From positions 1-48,939 of the forward strand of contig CAMBEX010000001.1 in NCBI GenBank assembly GCA_945865865.1: 48,939 bases of DNA, given 5' to 3'. The stretch is from Bdellovibrio sp. ZAP7. Its GTDB lineage: Bacteria; Bdellovibrionota; UBA1018. Positions 33,494 through 41,806 of this stretch are shown here, piece after piece; the first letter of the stretch is position 1; each line of letters starts with the position of its first letter. Under the pieces are notes generated by a model that saw only the letters and a program-made list of their open reading frames with translations, was not told where the DNA came from and made no database searches. The position numbers and the translations under genes are program-made.

Positions 33494-33634
33494 ATGGAGC
33501 TGTTGTTTTGTGACGGCCGGGACTCCGGTATTGATCACCGTCGTTGATTACCGACATTGACATGATGCGATAATTTTCCACACAGCCACGCATCCCTTGA
33601 CCCCTTCTTGCCGCGTCTACTATTGTCGGGTCCC

Positions 33635-34375
33635 ATGAAGGTCATCTCTGTGATTCCGGCACGCTACGCGGCGACCCGCTTGCCAGGCAAACCTCTTTCC
33701 GACATTCACGGTAAACCCATGATCCAGTGGGTCTACGAGCGCGCCAAAAAAGCGCGCGGTGTGGATCGAACCGTGGTCGCAACGGATGACGAGCGAATCG
33801 CCCGTGTGGTCGAAGGTTTTGGCGGCGAGGTTGTGATGACCGCTCCTGAGATCGCAAGCGGCACGGATCGTGTGGCCGCCGTCGCGGATCAAATCGCGGG
33901 TGATATTTACGTCAACGTTCAAGGTGATGAACCGCTCATGGAGCCAACGGCGATCGAGAAAGCCGTAGAGCTTGTGAGCTCCGGTCGATTTTCGATGAGT
34001 ACGGTCATGACGCCGATGCGCGATGTCGCGGACCTTTCAAATGTGGCTGTTGTAAAAGTCATTGCTGACAAGAACGATCGCGCGATTTATTTTTCAAGGC
34101 ACGCCATTCCCTACAGCCGCAAACCTCAGCCGGATCCCGGTCAGCCGTTTGTATGCCGCAGGCACGTGGGACTTTATGTTTACTCTCGCGATACGTTGAT
34201 GCGTTTTCGCGCGCTCCCCGTATCGGCGCTTGAACAGGCTGAAATGCTCGAACAATTGCGCGCTCTTCAAGAGGGGATCTCAATCGGAATCACTGAACTC
34301 GATTTCACTTCAATCGGGGTGGACACTCCCGACGAGCTCGAAAAAGTCAGACACATCATGAAAGAATTTGTTTAA
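33635..34375 (+). CDS. kdsB: 3-deoxy-manno-octulosonate cytidylyltransferase (CMP-Kdo synthetase)
   Basis: VIPARYAATRLPGKPL, ATDDERI, NVQGDEPL: KdsB signatures. ATG at 33635. Confidence 0.9.
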   Translation: MKVISVIPARYAATRLPGKPLSDIHGKPMIQWVYERAKKARGVDRTVVATDDERIARVVEGFGGEVVMTAPEIASGTDRVAAVADQIAGDIYVNVQGDEPLMEPTAIEKAVELVSSGRFSMSTVMTPMRDVADLSNVAVVKVIADKNDRAIYFSRHAIPYSRKPQPDPGQPFVCRRHVGLYVYSRDTLMRFRALPVSALEQAEMLEQLRALQEGISIGITELDFTSIGVDTPDELEKVRHIMKEFV

Positions 34376-34387
34376 CGGGGCATCCAA

Positions 34388-36052
34388 ATGGCTAAACAAA
34401 AAAAATATATCTTTGTCACGGGCGGCGTTCTTTCGAGCATTGGTAAAGGTATCGCAGCAGCTTCCATCGGAATGTTGCTTGAGCAGCGCGGAATAAAAGT
34501 CACGATGGCCAAGATGGATCCGTATCTCAACGTCGATCCCGGAACGATGAGTCCGTTTCAGCACGGCGAAGTTTTTGTACTCGATGACGGAGCCGAGACG
34601 GATCTGGATCTTGGGCACTATTCGCGCTTTGTTCAAAACGCCGAGTTTACCCGCAAAAACAGCTTCACTACGGGTCGCATCTACGACACCGTCATCCGTC
34701 GCGAACGTGCCGGCGGTTATCTCGGAAAGACAGTTCAGGTCATTCCGCACATCACCGATGAGATCAAGCGTCACATCGATGAGGCGGCAGGCGAAGCCGA
34801 TCTCGCGATCATCGAGGTGGGCGGCACGGTGGGCGATATCGAAAGCCTTCCGTTTTTGGAGGCCATTCGTCAGATACGAGCTGACAAGGGTGCCGAAAAT
34901 GTCTTGTACGTTCATCTGACTTTGGTGCCGTATATTGCTGCCGCGGGCGAGCTCAAGACCAAGCCCACTCAGCATAGCGTCAAAGAGCTTCGTGAAATCG
35001 GGATTCAGCCTGACATTTTATTGTGTCGCTCGGATCGTAAACTTCCCAAAGACGTCAAAGAAAAGATCGGGCTTTTTTGTAATGTGCCCGGTGACCAAGT
35101 TTTCAGTGCGATCGACGTGAGCAGCATTTACGAGGTGCCGACCTATTTTGCCGAAGAAAAACTCGACGAAAAAATCGTTGAACGGCTCGGCATCTGGACC
35201 AGTAGCCCCGATCTTTCGAAGTGGTCGGCGATGGTCGAAAAAATCCGCAAACCCAAGGGCGAAGTCACGATCGGCGTCGTCGGTAAGTACACCGACTGGC
35301 GTGACAGCTATAAATCGCTCTCTGAAGCACTGATTCACGGCGGTGTTGCCAATGACGTCAAAGTGAACATGCTCTACGTTGATTCCGAGGAAATCGAAAA
35401 AGGCACCAACCTCGACCTGCTTCGTTCGGTGGATGGTGTTTTGGTTCCGGGCGGTTTTGGTGAACGTGGCATCGAGGGCAAAATCAAGGCGGCTGAATTT
35501 GCGCGCACCGAAAATGTTCCTTACTTCGGGATTTGTCTCGGGATGCAGCTTGCGGTGGTCGAGTTCGCACGCAATCGCTGTGAGCTCAAAGAGGCCAACT
35601 CGGCAGAGTTTCGCCCTGAGGGTCGTGAGAGCGTCATTCACATGATGGAGGCGCAAAAGTCGGTCACCGAAAAAGGTGGGACGATGCGCTTGGGGGCGTA
35701 CCCATGCCAGGTGCTTTCAAAGTTCGGTGGCCACGCGACCAAGGCTTACACGGCCTACAAGAAAGAACAGATTTCTGAGCGCCACCGCCATCGCTTCGAG
35801 GTTAATAACCAGTATCGCAGTGTACTCGAGGAGCGCGGTCTTTTGGTCTCTGGAAAATACCAGGATCGAAACACAGGTACTGAGCTTGTGGAAATCGTCG
35901 AGCTGCCTGGCCACCCTTGGTACCTGGGGTGTCAGTTTCATCCTGAGTTTCTGAGCAAGCCCCTTAGCCCGCATCCGCTTTTTGTGGGCTTCATCAAGGC
36001 CGCCAAAGAATGTGGCAAGGGCGGACAACCTGGCCTCAAGGGCATCGGCTGA
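34388..36052 (+). CDS. pyrG: CTP synthase
   Basis: [37 protein letters not shown] (glutaminase Cys), FHPEF. Confidence 0.97.
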   Translation: MAKQKKYIFVTGGVLSSIGKGIAAASIGMLLEQRGIKVTMAKMDPYLNVDPGTMSPFQHGEVFVLDDGAETDLDLGHYSRFVQNAEFTRKNSFTTGRIYDTVIRRERAGGYLGKTVQVIPHITDEIKRHIDEAAGEADLAIIEVGGTVGDIESLPFLEAIRQIRADKGAENVLYVHLTLVPYIAAAGELKTKPTQHSVKELREIGIQPDILLCRSDRKLPKDVKEKIGLFCNVPGDQVFSAIDVSSIYEVPTYFAEEKLDEKIVERLGIWTSSPDLSKWSAMVEKIRKPKGEVTIGVVGKYTDWRDSYKSLSEALIHGGVANDVKVNMLYVDSEEIEKGTNLDLLRSVDGVLVPGGFGERGIEGKIKAAEFARTENVPYFGICLGMQLAVVEFARNRCELKEANSAEFRPEGRESVIHMMEAQKSVTEKGGTMRLGAYPCQVLSKFGGHATKAYTAYKKEQISERHRHRFEVNNQYRSVLEERGLLVSGKYQDRNTGTELVEIVELPGHPWYLGCQFHPEFLSKPLSPHPLFVGFIKAAKECGKGGQPGLKGIG

Positions 36053-36086
36053 AGGTCGGTAAGTTTTATCTAACGGAAATATAAAA

Positions 36087-36977
36087 ATGACTGCACATAC
36101 TCATTCAAAAATGACTCTCATTGCCGGACCCTGCGTACTCGAAGACGAGGGGCTCGTTCTCGAAGTCGCCCAGGAGCTCAAGCGCCAACTCAGTGGCCTG
36201 CCCGTAGAACTTTACTTCAAGGCCTCTTTTGACAAGGCCAACCGCACGTCCATCGACGGATTTCGCGGCCCTGGGATGCGTGATGGTCTGAGTCTCCTTT
36301 CTAAGGTGCGAGAGAAAACGGGGCTTCCGCTTTTGACGGACTTTCATTCTGCGGATCAGGCCATGGCGGTAGCCGAGGTTGTGGACTTCTTGCAGATTCC
36401 GGCTTTTTTGTGCAGGCAAACCGACATGATTGTCGCGGGTGCTGAGGCAGCTCTCAAGTTTGGTCGCAGACTCAATGTAAAAAAGGGCCAGTTTTTGGCT
36501 CCTTGGGACGCAAAAAATATCGTCGAAAAAGTGCGTGCGGTGGAGGTCAAGGTCGGCAAGCAAGGCGCGCCCGAGTGGTTCTGTCTCACTGAGCGCGGAG
36601 TTACGATGGGTTACAACACGCTCGTCGTCGACATGATCGGATTTCAATGCATGCAGACGTTTGGTGTGCCTGTCATTTACGATGCCACGCACTCGATTCA
36701 GATGCCGGGCGCGGCACCGGGCGGAAAGAGTACTGGAGGCAAGCGCGAATATCTTGAGACGCTGGCGCGCGCTGCGATGGCTGCCGGGGCTAACGGACTT
36801 TTTATGGAATGTCACCCGCGTCCTTCCGAAGCCAAGAGCGATGGCCCCAATGCATTTTATCTGGAGCATGTGGGAACTTTCGTAAAGCAGCTTTTGGAGA
36901 TTCGCGCACTCGTCGCAGGTCAGCCCAAGCTTCTTCCTGAGGCAAAAGCCGCGATGCCAAAAGGGGGTTTGCGATGA
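36087..36977 (+). CDS. kdsA: 3-deoxy-8-phosphooctulonate (Kdo-8-P) synthase
   Basis: LIAGPCVLE, FKASFDKANRTS, LQIPAFLCRQTD, DATHSIQ: KdsA/DAHP-synthase-I family motifs. Confidence 0.93.
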   Translation: MTAHTHSKMTLIAGPCVLEDEGLVLEVAQELKRQLSGLPVELYFKASFDKANRTSIDGFRGPGMRDGLSLLSKVREKTGLPLLTDFHSADQAMAVAEVVDFLQIPAFLCRQTDMIVAGAEAALKFGRRLNVKKGQFLAPWDAKNIVEKVRAVEVKVGKQGAPEWFCLTERGVTMGYNTLVVDMIGFQCMQTFGVPVIYDATHSIQMPGAAPGGKSTGGKREYLETLARAAMAAGANGLFMECHPRPSEAKSDGPNAFYLEHVGTFVKQLLEIRALVAGQPKLLPEAKAAMPKGGLR

Positions 36978-37522
36978 TGCCTCCCGTAAGCGCTTCGCTC
37001 AAACTTCTTGAAACCGAAGACCTTCAAAAACGGTTGCGAAAGATCAAGATTTTGATCTTGGATGTGGATGGTGTGATGACTGACGGCCGCCTGTTCTGGC
37101 TCGATGGTCACGGCTGGACGAGGCACTTTCACGTCAAAGACGGCTACGGTCTTAAACTGCTCATGAACAACGGAGTGCAGGTCGCGATCATCAGCGCTGG
37201 TGAGTCCGAAGACGTTCGCACGCGCATGAAGTTTCTTAAGATCGAGCATGTTTTCTTGGGTGACGAGGACAAGATCAAGGCGCTCGAAAAAATCAAGGCA
37301 GCCACGGGGCTTGAGTACGAGCAGATGGCCTTCATGGGCGATGACCTCTTTGATATTCCCGTGATCGAGCGCGTGGGATTTAGTGCCACCGTTCCGCACG
37401 CAGTCGATCCCGTCAAAGCTCGCGTTCACTACGTGAGCGAGACGCATGGTGGTTGGGGCGCCGTGCGCGAGATTGCGGATGCGATCCGAAAATCACAGGG
37501 GATTGGGCCTTACTTGGATTGA
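36974..37522 (+). CDS. kdsC: Kdo-8-phosphate phosphatase (HAD-IIIA)
   Basis: ILDVDGVMTDG (DxDG nucleophile motif), KDGYGLKLL, MGDDLFDIPV. ATGA overlap with kdsA. Confidence 0.88.
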   Translation: MMPPVSASLKLLETEDLQKRLRKIKILILDVDGVMTDGRLFWLDGHGWTRHFHVKDGYGLKLLMNNGVQVAIISAGESEDVRTRMKFLKIEHVFLGDEDKIKALEKIKAATGLEYEQMAFMGDDLFDIPVIERVGFSATVPHAVDPVKARVHYVSETHGGWGAVREIADAIRKSQGIGPYLD

Positions 37523-37528
37523 CTTGCG

Positions 37529-38635
37529 CTAGTGCACCCGCACCAGCGCATAAATAATTTCAAAAGCGATGAGTCCAATGATGACCAGTTCTAAAAGAAG
37601 GCTGCGCTGCGTGTTGACCTCGCCCTGAAGCAGTTCTGAAACCTGCGCGAGAATGCCCATCTTGCGACTGATGCTCTGCTGCCAATCTCCGACGCGAAAG
37701 CGGCGGATCGCGGATCTGAAAATCCGGGCCAGATAGAAATCACCCACGACTTTAAGTGAGTTTTCGACACGCCCGATAAATTCAGAGAACTCGATATATC
37801 GGCTGTTGGCTTCGTGCGAGAGCTTCCAGAACGGGTACCTTCCGAACTTTTTGCGGCGCGCTTCGATCATGTCGTAAAGGACGCTCAAGCGAACATCGAT
37901 GAGGTCGTCGTAGTAGCGCATTTCGAGGAGGTGGGTGAGCGCGAATTCCAAAACGTCTGGAATCTCTTTTTGACCACTGGGTTCGAGCACCAAGGCGCTG
38001 TTCCAGTCGATGATGACCATGTCATTTTCTTTGTACTGGTAGACGTATTCCAACAGGGAGTCGCGATTGATTTTGGCGAGGTTTCCGTCAGACTCTGCAA
38101 AAATCAGCGCCGTAACATCGGCCTTATCGAGTAGATCCTGGCCCGTTTCGACGCCGTCGACTTGCTCGAGAAAATAGATGACGTAATCTTCAAATCGCGC
38201 CCATTCTCCCGGTTTTTGAAGGGACTTGTGAATGGTTTCTGAAAGCTGCGTCGCGCGTTTGCGAGCCAGCTGATCAATTTCGTGATGAACTTCGATGGCT
38301 GCCGCCTTGACTTGGAGTTCTTGCCAACGGGTTCCGGGAGCGATCGGAATTTGAAACACGATCGAAAGCACCCCGTAGTCCCAGATTTTGGCGGAGGTCT
38401 CAGCCATGACTGTGTCGCTGCCAATGGTAATGGGCGTCTCGCCCAGAGTTAAGGTGATAGGCGCATTGCGCACGATGATCGCTGGACGGCTCGTGCGCGA
38501 AAGTTTCAGGCGTTCGCGTCCGCTCACTTCGGCGAGAATTTTTTCGGCCTTCGCGAGATCGATCTCCTCTGCGATGTCAAAACATCGATAGACCAGAATG
38601 GAGCCTTTGCGAATCCTGACGGTTTCTTTTGGCAT
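37529..38635 (-). CDS. hypothetical protein with a C-terminal TM anchor; possibly DUF155/RMD1-like
   Basis: Soluble alpha/beta N-terminal part (IWDYGVLSIVFQI, DMVIIDWNSALVL). It ends in helices and one TM (SLLLELVIIGLIAFEIIYALV), an architecture reminiscent of the DUF155 (RMD1/YagE) family. The assignment is tentative. Confidence 0.4.
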   Translation of the reverse strand: MPKETVRIRKGSILVYRCFDIAEEIDLAKAEKILAEVSGRERLKLSRTSRPAIIVRNAPITLTLGETPITIGSDTVMAETSAKIWDYGVLSIVFQIPIAPGTRWQELQVKAAAIEVHHEIDQLARKRATQLSETIHKSLQKPGEWARFEDYVIYFLEQVDGVETGQDLLDKADVTALIFAESDGNLAKINRDSLLEYVYQYKENDMVIIDWNSALVLEPSGQKEIPDVLEFALTHLLEMRYYDDLIDVRLSVLYDMIEARRKKFGRYPFWKLSHEANSRYIEFSEFIGRVENSLKVVGDFYLARIFRSAIRRFRVGDWQQSISRKMGILAQVSELLQGEVNTQRSLLLELVIIGLIAFEIIYALVRVH

Positions 38636-38641
38636 CCGAGC

Positions 38642-39043
38642 CTACTTCCTTCGTGCCGAGCAGTAGCCCGGTCGTGGACCGATCTTCGGAAAGCTTCGGC
38701 ATACGTTGGGACGTTTTTCGTAAACCGTGCAGAGCCGGGTCTTTGGATCGAGGTAGATGCAGTCGCGCCCTTGGCGCTGCTGAAGGATAAAGAGCTGCGT
38801 CTTGGCCCTAAAAGTTTGGATGATCCCTTCACGGATGAGCCTCTGGGCGACCTTTTTGAGGGAGCGAGCGGCCTCTTCTTCGGTGATGAGTTCTAGTCGG
38901 ATCAGGTCGTTTGCGCTCACTTCAACGGGCAGCGTGCAGCAACCCGACCAGCAGCCTTCACAGAGGCCGCTGCGGTACTTGACCCACCCCGAAGGGGTGG
39001 TCGCGTGTTCGAAGAGGAGTCGTTCGTTGGGCTTGCTGGACAT
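38642..39043 (-). CDS. YkgJ-family Cys-cluster protein (CxxCxxCC; putative Zn/Fe-S binding)
   Basis: GLCEGCWSGCC near the N-terminus and CIYLDPKTRLCTVYEKRPNVCRSFP near the C-terminus match the UPF0153/YkgJ pattern. Confidence 0.75.
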   Translation of the reverse strand: MSSKPNERLLFEHATTPSGWVKYRSGLCEGCWSGCCTLPVEVSANDLIRLELITEEEAARSLKKVAQRLIREGIIQTFRAKTQLFILQQRQGRDCIYLDPKTRLCTVYEKRPNVCRSFPKIGPRPGYCSARRK

Positions 39044-39342
39044 TTGAAGGTCTCGCTAACTGATCGATTTTAAATGGTTCTCTCGGGTTCGCCGGGCGTC
39101 TCGGAGTGCGAATCCCAAATACCAGTATAACAGGTTTTGGGGGGTTGCTTTTCGTGCGAAAAATATACGATACTTAAGGTCGTAGATAGTCGGATGGTCA
39201 GAGTCGGATATGTAAAGTAAATCAATGGATGCCGGAAGGCTTTTGGATTTACTGCAGAATTCGCCAGGAGCGGGATCTTTATGACGAGGGGCGATGCAAA
39301 GAGATTGAAACCGGATCCAAAAGATCGTAATTGGAGTGGCAA

Positions 39343-39846
39343 ATGATCAAACTCAATCGGACAACCGAATACGGGCTCATCGCGCTGAGGCATATGAGCC
39401 GCAAGAGCGGCGGTGCCGTGACGAGCGCACGAGAGATCGCTGATACTTATGGTCTTCCGTTTGAGATCACTGCCAAGACTTTGCAACGACTCAAGGACAC
39501 TGGCTTGATTCAGTCGGTCCAAGGTGCGCGCGGAGGCTACGCGCTCAAAAAGTCTCTCGACGAAGTCACCCTGGCAGATTTTTTGCGCGAAATGGAAGGA
39601 CCTCAGGCAGTCGTCGCCTGCGCTTCGATTGAATCCGGTCCTGGCGTCAGCGGCCATGCGTGTGACTGTGAATACGACAGCAAGTGCCAGATCGGCCCGG
39701 CTATGAAAAATCTCAATAACAAGGTTCTGCAATTTCTTTCCGGAATCCGACTTTCAGAATTTGCGGCAGAAGCCGTTCCCTTGGTTCAGCTGACGAGCTT
39801 TGAACCCAAGGCCGCGAACTCTCAGAATTCAGTGGGGCATCTATGA
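39343..39846 (+). CDS. iscR: Rrf2-family transcriptional regulator (IscR-like by context)
   Basis: MIKLNRTTEYGLIALRHM... Rrf2 winged-helix N-terminus. Cys cluster ACASIESGPGVSGHACDCEYDSKC. First gene of the isc operon. ATG at 39343 with a GGAG SD 6 nt upstream. Confidence 0.8.
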   Translation: MIKLNRTTEYGLIALRHMSRKSGGAVTSAREIADTYGLPFEITAKTLQRLKDTGLIQSVQGARGGYALKKSLDEVTLADFLREMEGPQAVVACASIESGPGVSGHACDCEYDSKCQIGPAMKNLNNKVLQFLSGIRLSEFAAEAVPLVQLTSFEPKAANSQNSVGHL

Positions 39847-41060
39847 AGTTTCCGATCTACCTCGATTACCATGCGACGACTCCGATGGATCCCGAAGTCT
39901 TTAGGACCATGGCGCCGTATTTTACCGAGATCTTTGGAAATGCTGCGAGCCGTAACCATGAGTATGGCTGGAAAGCTGAAGCCGCCCTAGAAAATGCGCG
40001 TACGCAGGTCGCTCAGATTTTGAGCGCGGTCGACAAAGAAATCATTTTCACAAGTGGCGCGACCGAGAGCAATAATCTCGCGCTTCGCGGTGTGGCTGAG
40101 ATGTATCGCGACAAGGGCCGCCACATCATCACTTCGAACATCGAGCACAAGGCCATTTTGGATACCTGCCATTATCTGGAGACGCAGGGATTTCAGATCA
40201 CCTATTTACCCGTCGACAATTTCGGGATGGTGAGCGTGCAAGCGGTGCGCGAAGCCATCCGTCCCGACACGATCCTGGTCTCGATCATGTTTGCCAACAA
40301 TGAAATCGGCACCATCAACCCCATCGCGGAAATCGGAAAAGTTTGTAAGGAAAAAGGCGTGCTTTTTCATACCGACGCGGTTCAGGCGGTTGGAAAAGTC
40401 GAAATCGACGTCGAGAAAATGGGGATCGATCTGCTCTCCTTGAGCGGCCACAAGATCTATGGTCCCAAGGGCGTGGGCGCGCTTTACGTTCGCCGCAGAA
40501 GTCCGCGCGTGCGTCTGGCGCCCTTGATTCATGGCGGCGGGCACGAGCGCGGTATGCGCTCCGGTACGCTAAATGTTCCTGGAATCGTGGGGCTGGGCAA
40601 GGCCTGCGAAATGGCCAGCCGACTCCTACTAGAAGAGAGCACGCGACTTCGCGCACAACGTGATCGCATGTGGAAGGCGATTCAGGCAGAGCTCGATGAA
40701 GTTTATCTCAATGGCCATCCGACGGAGCGGCTCCCCAATAACCTCAATGTGAGTTTTGCATTTGTCGAAGGCGAGTCGCTCATGATGGGAATGAAGGAGC
40801 TTGCTGTGTCGAGCGGTTCGGCTTGTACCTCGGCAAGTCTCGAGCCGTCGTATGTTCTTAAAAATATCGGAGTGGGAGAAGACCTCGCCCACACCAGCAT
40901 TCGATTTAGCATGGGCAGATTTACCACGGATGAAGAGTTGGATTTCGCGATTAAAAAAGTCGTGAGCACGGTCAAAAAATTGCGAGACCTCTCGCCGCTT
41001 TACGAAATGGTCAAAGAAGGAATCGATCTCAAGTCGATCGCCTGGACCGGACACCACTAA
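39843..41060 (+). CDS. iscS: cysteine desulfurase IscS
   Basis: PLP-Lys motif SGHKIYGPKGVGALY, active-site loop SSGSACTSASLEPSYVL, C-terminal SIRFSMGRFTTDEELD. Confidence 0.95.
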   Translation: MKFPIYLDYHATTPMDPEVFRTMAPYFTEIFGNAASRNHEYGWKAEAALENARTQVAQILSAVDKEIIFTSGATESNNLALRGVAEMYRDKGRHIITSNIEHKAILDTCHYLETQGFQITYLPVDNFGMVSVQAVREAIRPDTILVSIMFANNEIGTINPIAEIGKVCKEKGVLFHTDAVQAVGKVEIDVEKMGIDLLSLSGHKIYGPKGVGALYVRRRSPRVRLAPLIHGGGHERGMRSGTLNVPGIVGLGKACEMASRLLLEESTRLRAQRDRMWKAIQAELDEVYLNGHPTERLPNNLNVSFAFVEGESLMMGMKELAVSSGSACTSASLEPSYVLKNIGVGEDLAHTSIRFSMGRFTTDEELDFAIKKVVSTVKKLRDLSPLYEMVKEGIDLKSIAWTGHH

Positions 41061-41081
41061 GAGAATTTGGAGAACGAGAAT

Positions 41082-41477
41082 ATGGCCTACACAAACAAAG
41101 TTATCGATCACTTCGAGAACCCAAGAAACGTCGGCTCCTTCGATAAGAAGGCATCAGACGTGGGCACTGGGTTGGTTGGCGCTCCTGAGTGTGGAGACGT
41201 GATGAAGCTTCAGATCCAAGTGGACGAAAAATCCGGAGTGATCACCGATGCCAAGTTCAAGACCTTTGGCTGCGGCAGCGCGATCGCAAGTTCGTCGCTT
41301 GCGACAGAGTGGGTGAAGGGCAAGACGCTCGAGCAAGCCATGGCGATTAAAAATACCGAAATCGTAGAGGAGCTCTCTCTTCCTCCGATCAAGATCCACT
41401 GCTCTGTTTTAGCCGAGGACGCGATCAAGGCCGCGATCGGTGATTATCTTGAAAAGAAAAAAGGAGAAGCAAAATGA
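41082..41477 (+). CDS. iscU: Fe-S cluster assembly scaffold IscU
   Basis: YTNKVIDHFENPRNVGS, GAPECGDVMKLQ, KTFGCGSAIASSS, LPPIKIHCSVLAEDA: three scaffold Cys residues plus the LPPxK HscA-binding motif. Confidence 0.95.
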   Translation: MAYTNKVIDHFENPRNVGSFDKKASDVGTGLVGAPECGDVMKLQIQVDEKSGVITDAKFKTFGCGSAIASSSLATEWVKGKTLEQAMAIKNTEIVEELSLPPIKIHCSVLAEDAIKAAIGDYLEKKKGEAK

Positions 41478-41806
41478 ATGCTCTCACAGTCAGTGAAAAA
41501 GCCGTTAAAGAGATTAAGCGTATTCAAGCTGCGGATCCGACGTCAGGCTCCAATCTTCGTGTGATGGTGGTGGGTGGCGGTTGTTCGGGAATGAGCTACA
41601 AGCTCGGCTTCGACAACGAGCCCGCCGGTTCGAGTGACAAGGTTTTTGAAGTGGACGGAGTTAAGGTCATCGTCGATTCGAAGTCGTTTCTGTACCTGAC
41701 CGGAACGGAGCTGGATTTTTCTGACGGCTTGAACGGAACCGGGTTTACGTTTCAAAATCCGAACGCCAAGCGTACGTGTGGTTGTGGTTCCAGCTTCTCG
41801 GCCTGA
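41474..41806 (+). CDS. iscA: A-type Fe-S carrier (IscA/HesB/ErpA family)
   Basis: GGGCSGMSY and the C-terminal CGCGSSF motif. Confidence 0.92.
   Translation: MNALTVSEKAVKEIKRIQAADPTSGSNLRVMVVGGGCSGMSYKLGFDNEPAGSSDKVFEVDGVKVIVDSKSFLYLTGTELDFSDGLNGTGFTFQNPNAKRTCGCGSSFSA

Noticed and set aside
34310-34975. 221-aa ORF on the minus strand inside pyrG. Similar long antisense ORFs occur at 35018-35656 (212 aa), 36105-36869 (254 aa, inside kdsA), 43376-44077 (233 aa, inside hscA), 22720-23319 (199 aa, inside ald), 1862-2512 (216 aa, inside the agmatinase gene) and 32951-33538 (195 aa).
   Set aside because: Each lies entirely antisense to a gene with unmistakable conserved motifs. Their translations are low-complexity and Arg/Ser/Pro-rich with no recognisable domain. 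Such shadow ORFs are expected in moderately GC-rich coding DNA.
39085-39120. GGGTTCGCC...GCGAATCCC looked superficially like a tRNA T-arm.
   Set aside because: No acceptor stem, D-arm or anticodon arm can be built around it, and the TTCGAAT-type loop is not intact.
39181-39211. Tested whether the AGTCGGAT repeats form a canonical E. coli type-1 IscR box (ATASYYGACTRWWWYAGTCRRSTAT).
   Set aside because: Only the right half (AGTC-GGA-TAT) is approximated. No GACT-containing left half occurs at the required spacing. I therefore report repeats only, not an IscR box.
39070-39732. 220-aa minus-strand ORF spanning the iscR upstream region and the antisense of iscR.
   Set aside because: It would overlap a well-supported Rrf2 gene, has no motif and no start context. 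The region is better explained as a regulatory intergenic region plus iscR.
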